A DNA stretch of 64,000 bases, taken from the NCBI GenBank assembly GCA_965240325.2, contig OZ251238.1, positions 1,364,001 through 1,428,000 of the forward strand. The letters run 5' to 3'. Positions within the stretch are counted from its first letter, which is position 1. Each line of letters begins with the position of its first letter. The stretch comes from Rebecca billardiae RCC1528 (taxonomy: Eukaryota; Protista; Haptophyta). Below are positions 62,818 through 64,000 of the stretch, piece after piece. The position numbers and the translations under genes are program-made. The notes below the pieces were generated by a model. The model did not search any database. It worked only from the letters and a program-made list of their open reading frames with translations, and had not been told where the DNA came from.

Positions 62818-63338
62818 CGGTGCCGCGGGCCCGCAGGCGTAGCCAGCGGGTGGAGCTGCTGGCGATGCGCCACGGCCCCAACCGCGAGGCCCGCGCGAAG
62901 CTTGCCTCGATGTCCGGTGCGGCAAGGGGAGGCGCGCATCAGGCCGCCGCCATTGTCATTGTGAACGCGCGCGGCCAAGAAATCCCAGCAAGAATGCATG
63001 GCCGCCATTGTTCATCATAAGTGATGACGGATGAGTCATCATCAATCTGATCGCGGTGTGTCGGCCGGACTGACACTGTCACTGACTGAGTCTTAGAACT
63101 CATCAGTATTCATCAGACTCATTATGAGTCACTGATGAATGGCGGGGGGACGGCCTCGTGAGGACCTGCCTTGCACTCCCTCAGGCCACTCCCACTGGCG
63201 CAGATTCTGCTCATCACTGATCACAGCGCTATCTAATATCTATGAGTCACGCTGATGCCACCTCGGCTGCCCCGGGCTTGCTGGGCTCAACCGTCGTATC
63301 GTCGCCGCGCGTAGACTAGTGCCGTAGACCGCGTAGTC

Positions 63339-64000
63339 TCAGTCTGCCCGGATGTGCTCGGCCACGAGCAACGCCGCGTTGCGCCCGGCGATCGCCTGCG
63401 TCTCCATGCACGAGACGGGCGACTCGAGCGCGCCGGCGTACGCCACACCTGCCGGCGCCATAGCAAGGGTCGGGGGCCGCGCGGGAGAATAGTCAGATGC
63501 AACAACAAGACAGCAGGACTGTGACAATGGCGGGCACGCGTTCAGACTCCGAGTGGCAGGGCACGCGGCGGCTATGATCAGCGAAGCGCACACGCAAGGC
63601 GATGCGGAACAAAACGCGCGAGCGCGAGCGCGGGCCTCTCTGCGGAGCGCAAGAAGGGCACGACGTTGCAGCGGACGGCCCGGGTATCGCGGCGCGCGCG
63701 CGCGCGCGCGGCGCACCCTTCGCCAGCTCAAAGTCCGGCCACTCCGCCGTCGGCAGCAGCCGAGGGTACGCCCCCGGACTTTCCCAGACCGCGCGCACCG
63801 CGTCTCCCGAGCGCCCCTCGAGGATTTCGTCAAGCTGAGTGTCGCTGAGCGGCCGGCTGGAGAAGAGCTTGTACACCCTGCGCCGCGCGGCCGCGCGCGC
63901 GAGCGGCGGCGGCTTGCCCGGCTTCGCCCGCGGCGGCGGCTTGCCCGCCGCCGCGGCCGCCGCGGCGGAGGCGAAGCACCGCTTCGCACCGGCTGCGTCT
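63339..64000 (-). CDS. PCYOX1: Prenylcysteine oxidase / farnesylcysteine lyase, 3' part (extends beyond window)
   Basis: VYKLFSSRPLSD, W..AYP, and YAGALESPVSCMETQAIAGRNAALL. Intron at ~63716-63449. Confidence 0.85.
   Translation of the reverse strand, partial: TQPVRSGASPPPRRPRRRASRRRGRSRASRRRSRARPRGAGCTSSSPAGRSATLSLTKSSRGARETRCARSGKVRGRTLGCCRRRSGRTLSWRRVRRARARAPRYPGRPLQRRALLALRREARARARAFCSASPCVCASLIIAAACPATRSLNACPPLSQSCCLVVASDYSPARPPTLAMAPAGVAYAGALESPVSCMETQAIAGRNAALLVAEHIRAD

Overview
This is gene-dense, very GC-rich nuclear DNA from a eukaryotic alga with a red-lineage plastid. The evidence is an Lhc gene and a second gene with signal-plus-transit presequences, and GT-AG introns mostly ~85-360 bp long. 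A haptophyte such as a Pavlovales species is my inference, not something the sequence proves. About 23 protein genes are supportable, many in head-to-head pairs about 200-350 bp apart. They include two LRR proteins, four sulfotransferases of different families, UDP-glucose 4-epimerase, a GT92-like and a GT11-like protein, an Lhc antenna protein, a MAK/ICK kinase, TMEM19, a GH3 beta-xylosidase, SRP9, importin-alpha, a RibD-C/DHFR-like protein, a SET protein, a small plastid protein of unknown function, a GNAT, an MFS transporter, PRMT5, a 6TM hybrid histidine kinase, a SAM methyltransferase and the 3' end of prenylcysteine oxidase. Intergenic spaces hold several non-autonomous DNA transposons recognisable from their TIRs and TSDs. 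The main leads are: (1) two fold-back elements that share one internal core but have different termini and TSD types (TA versus a 7-bp P-like TSD), one of which splits the MFS/PRMT5 bidirectional promoter; (2) a histidine kinase whose 6TM sensor resembles adenylyl-cyclase and CqsS-type membrane anchors; (3) a possible sulfated-galactan gene neighbourhood; (4) a CACAG-ended element with an RSS-like terminus. Most long ORFs in the supplied track are GC-driven shadow ORFs or intron read-through.
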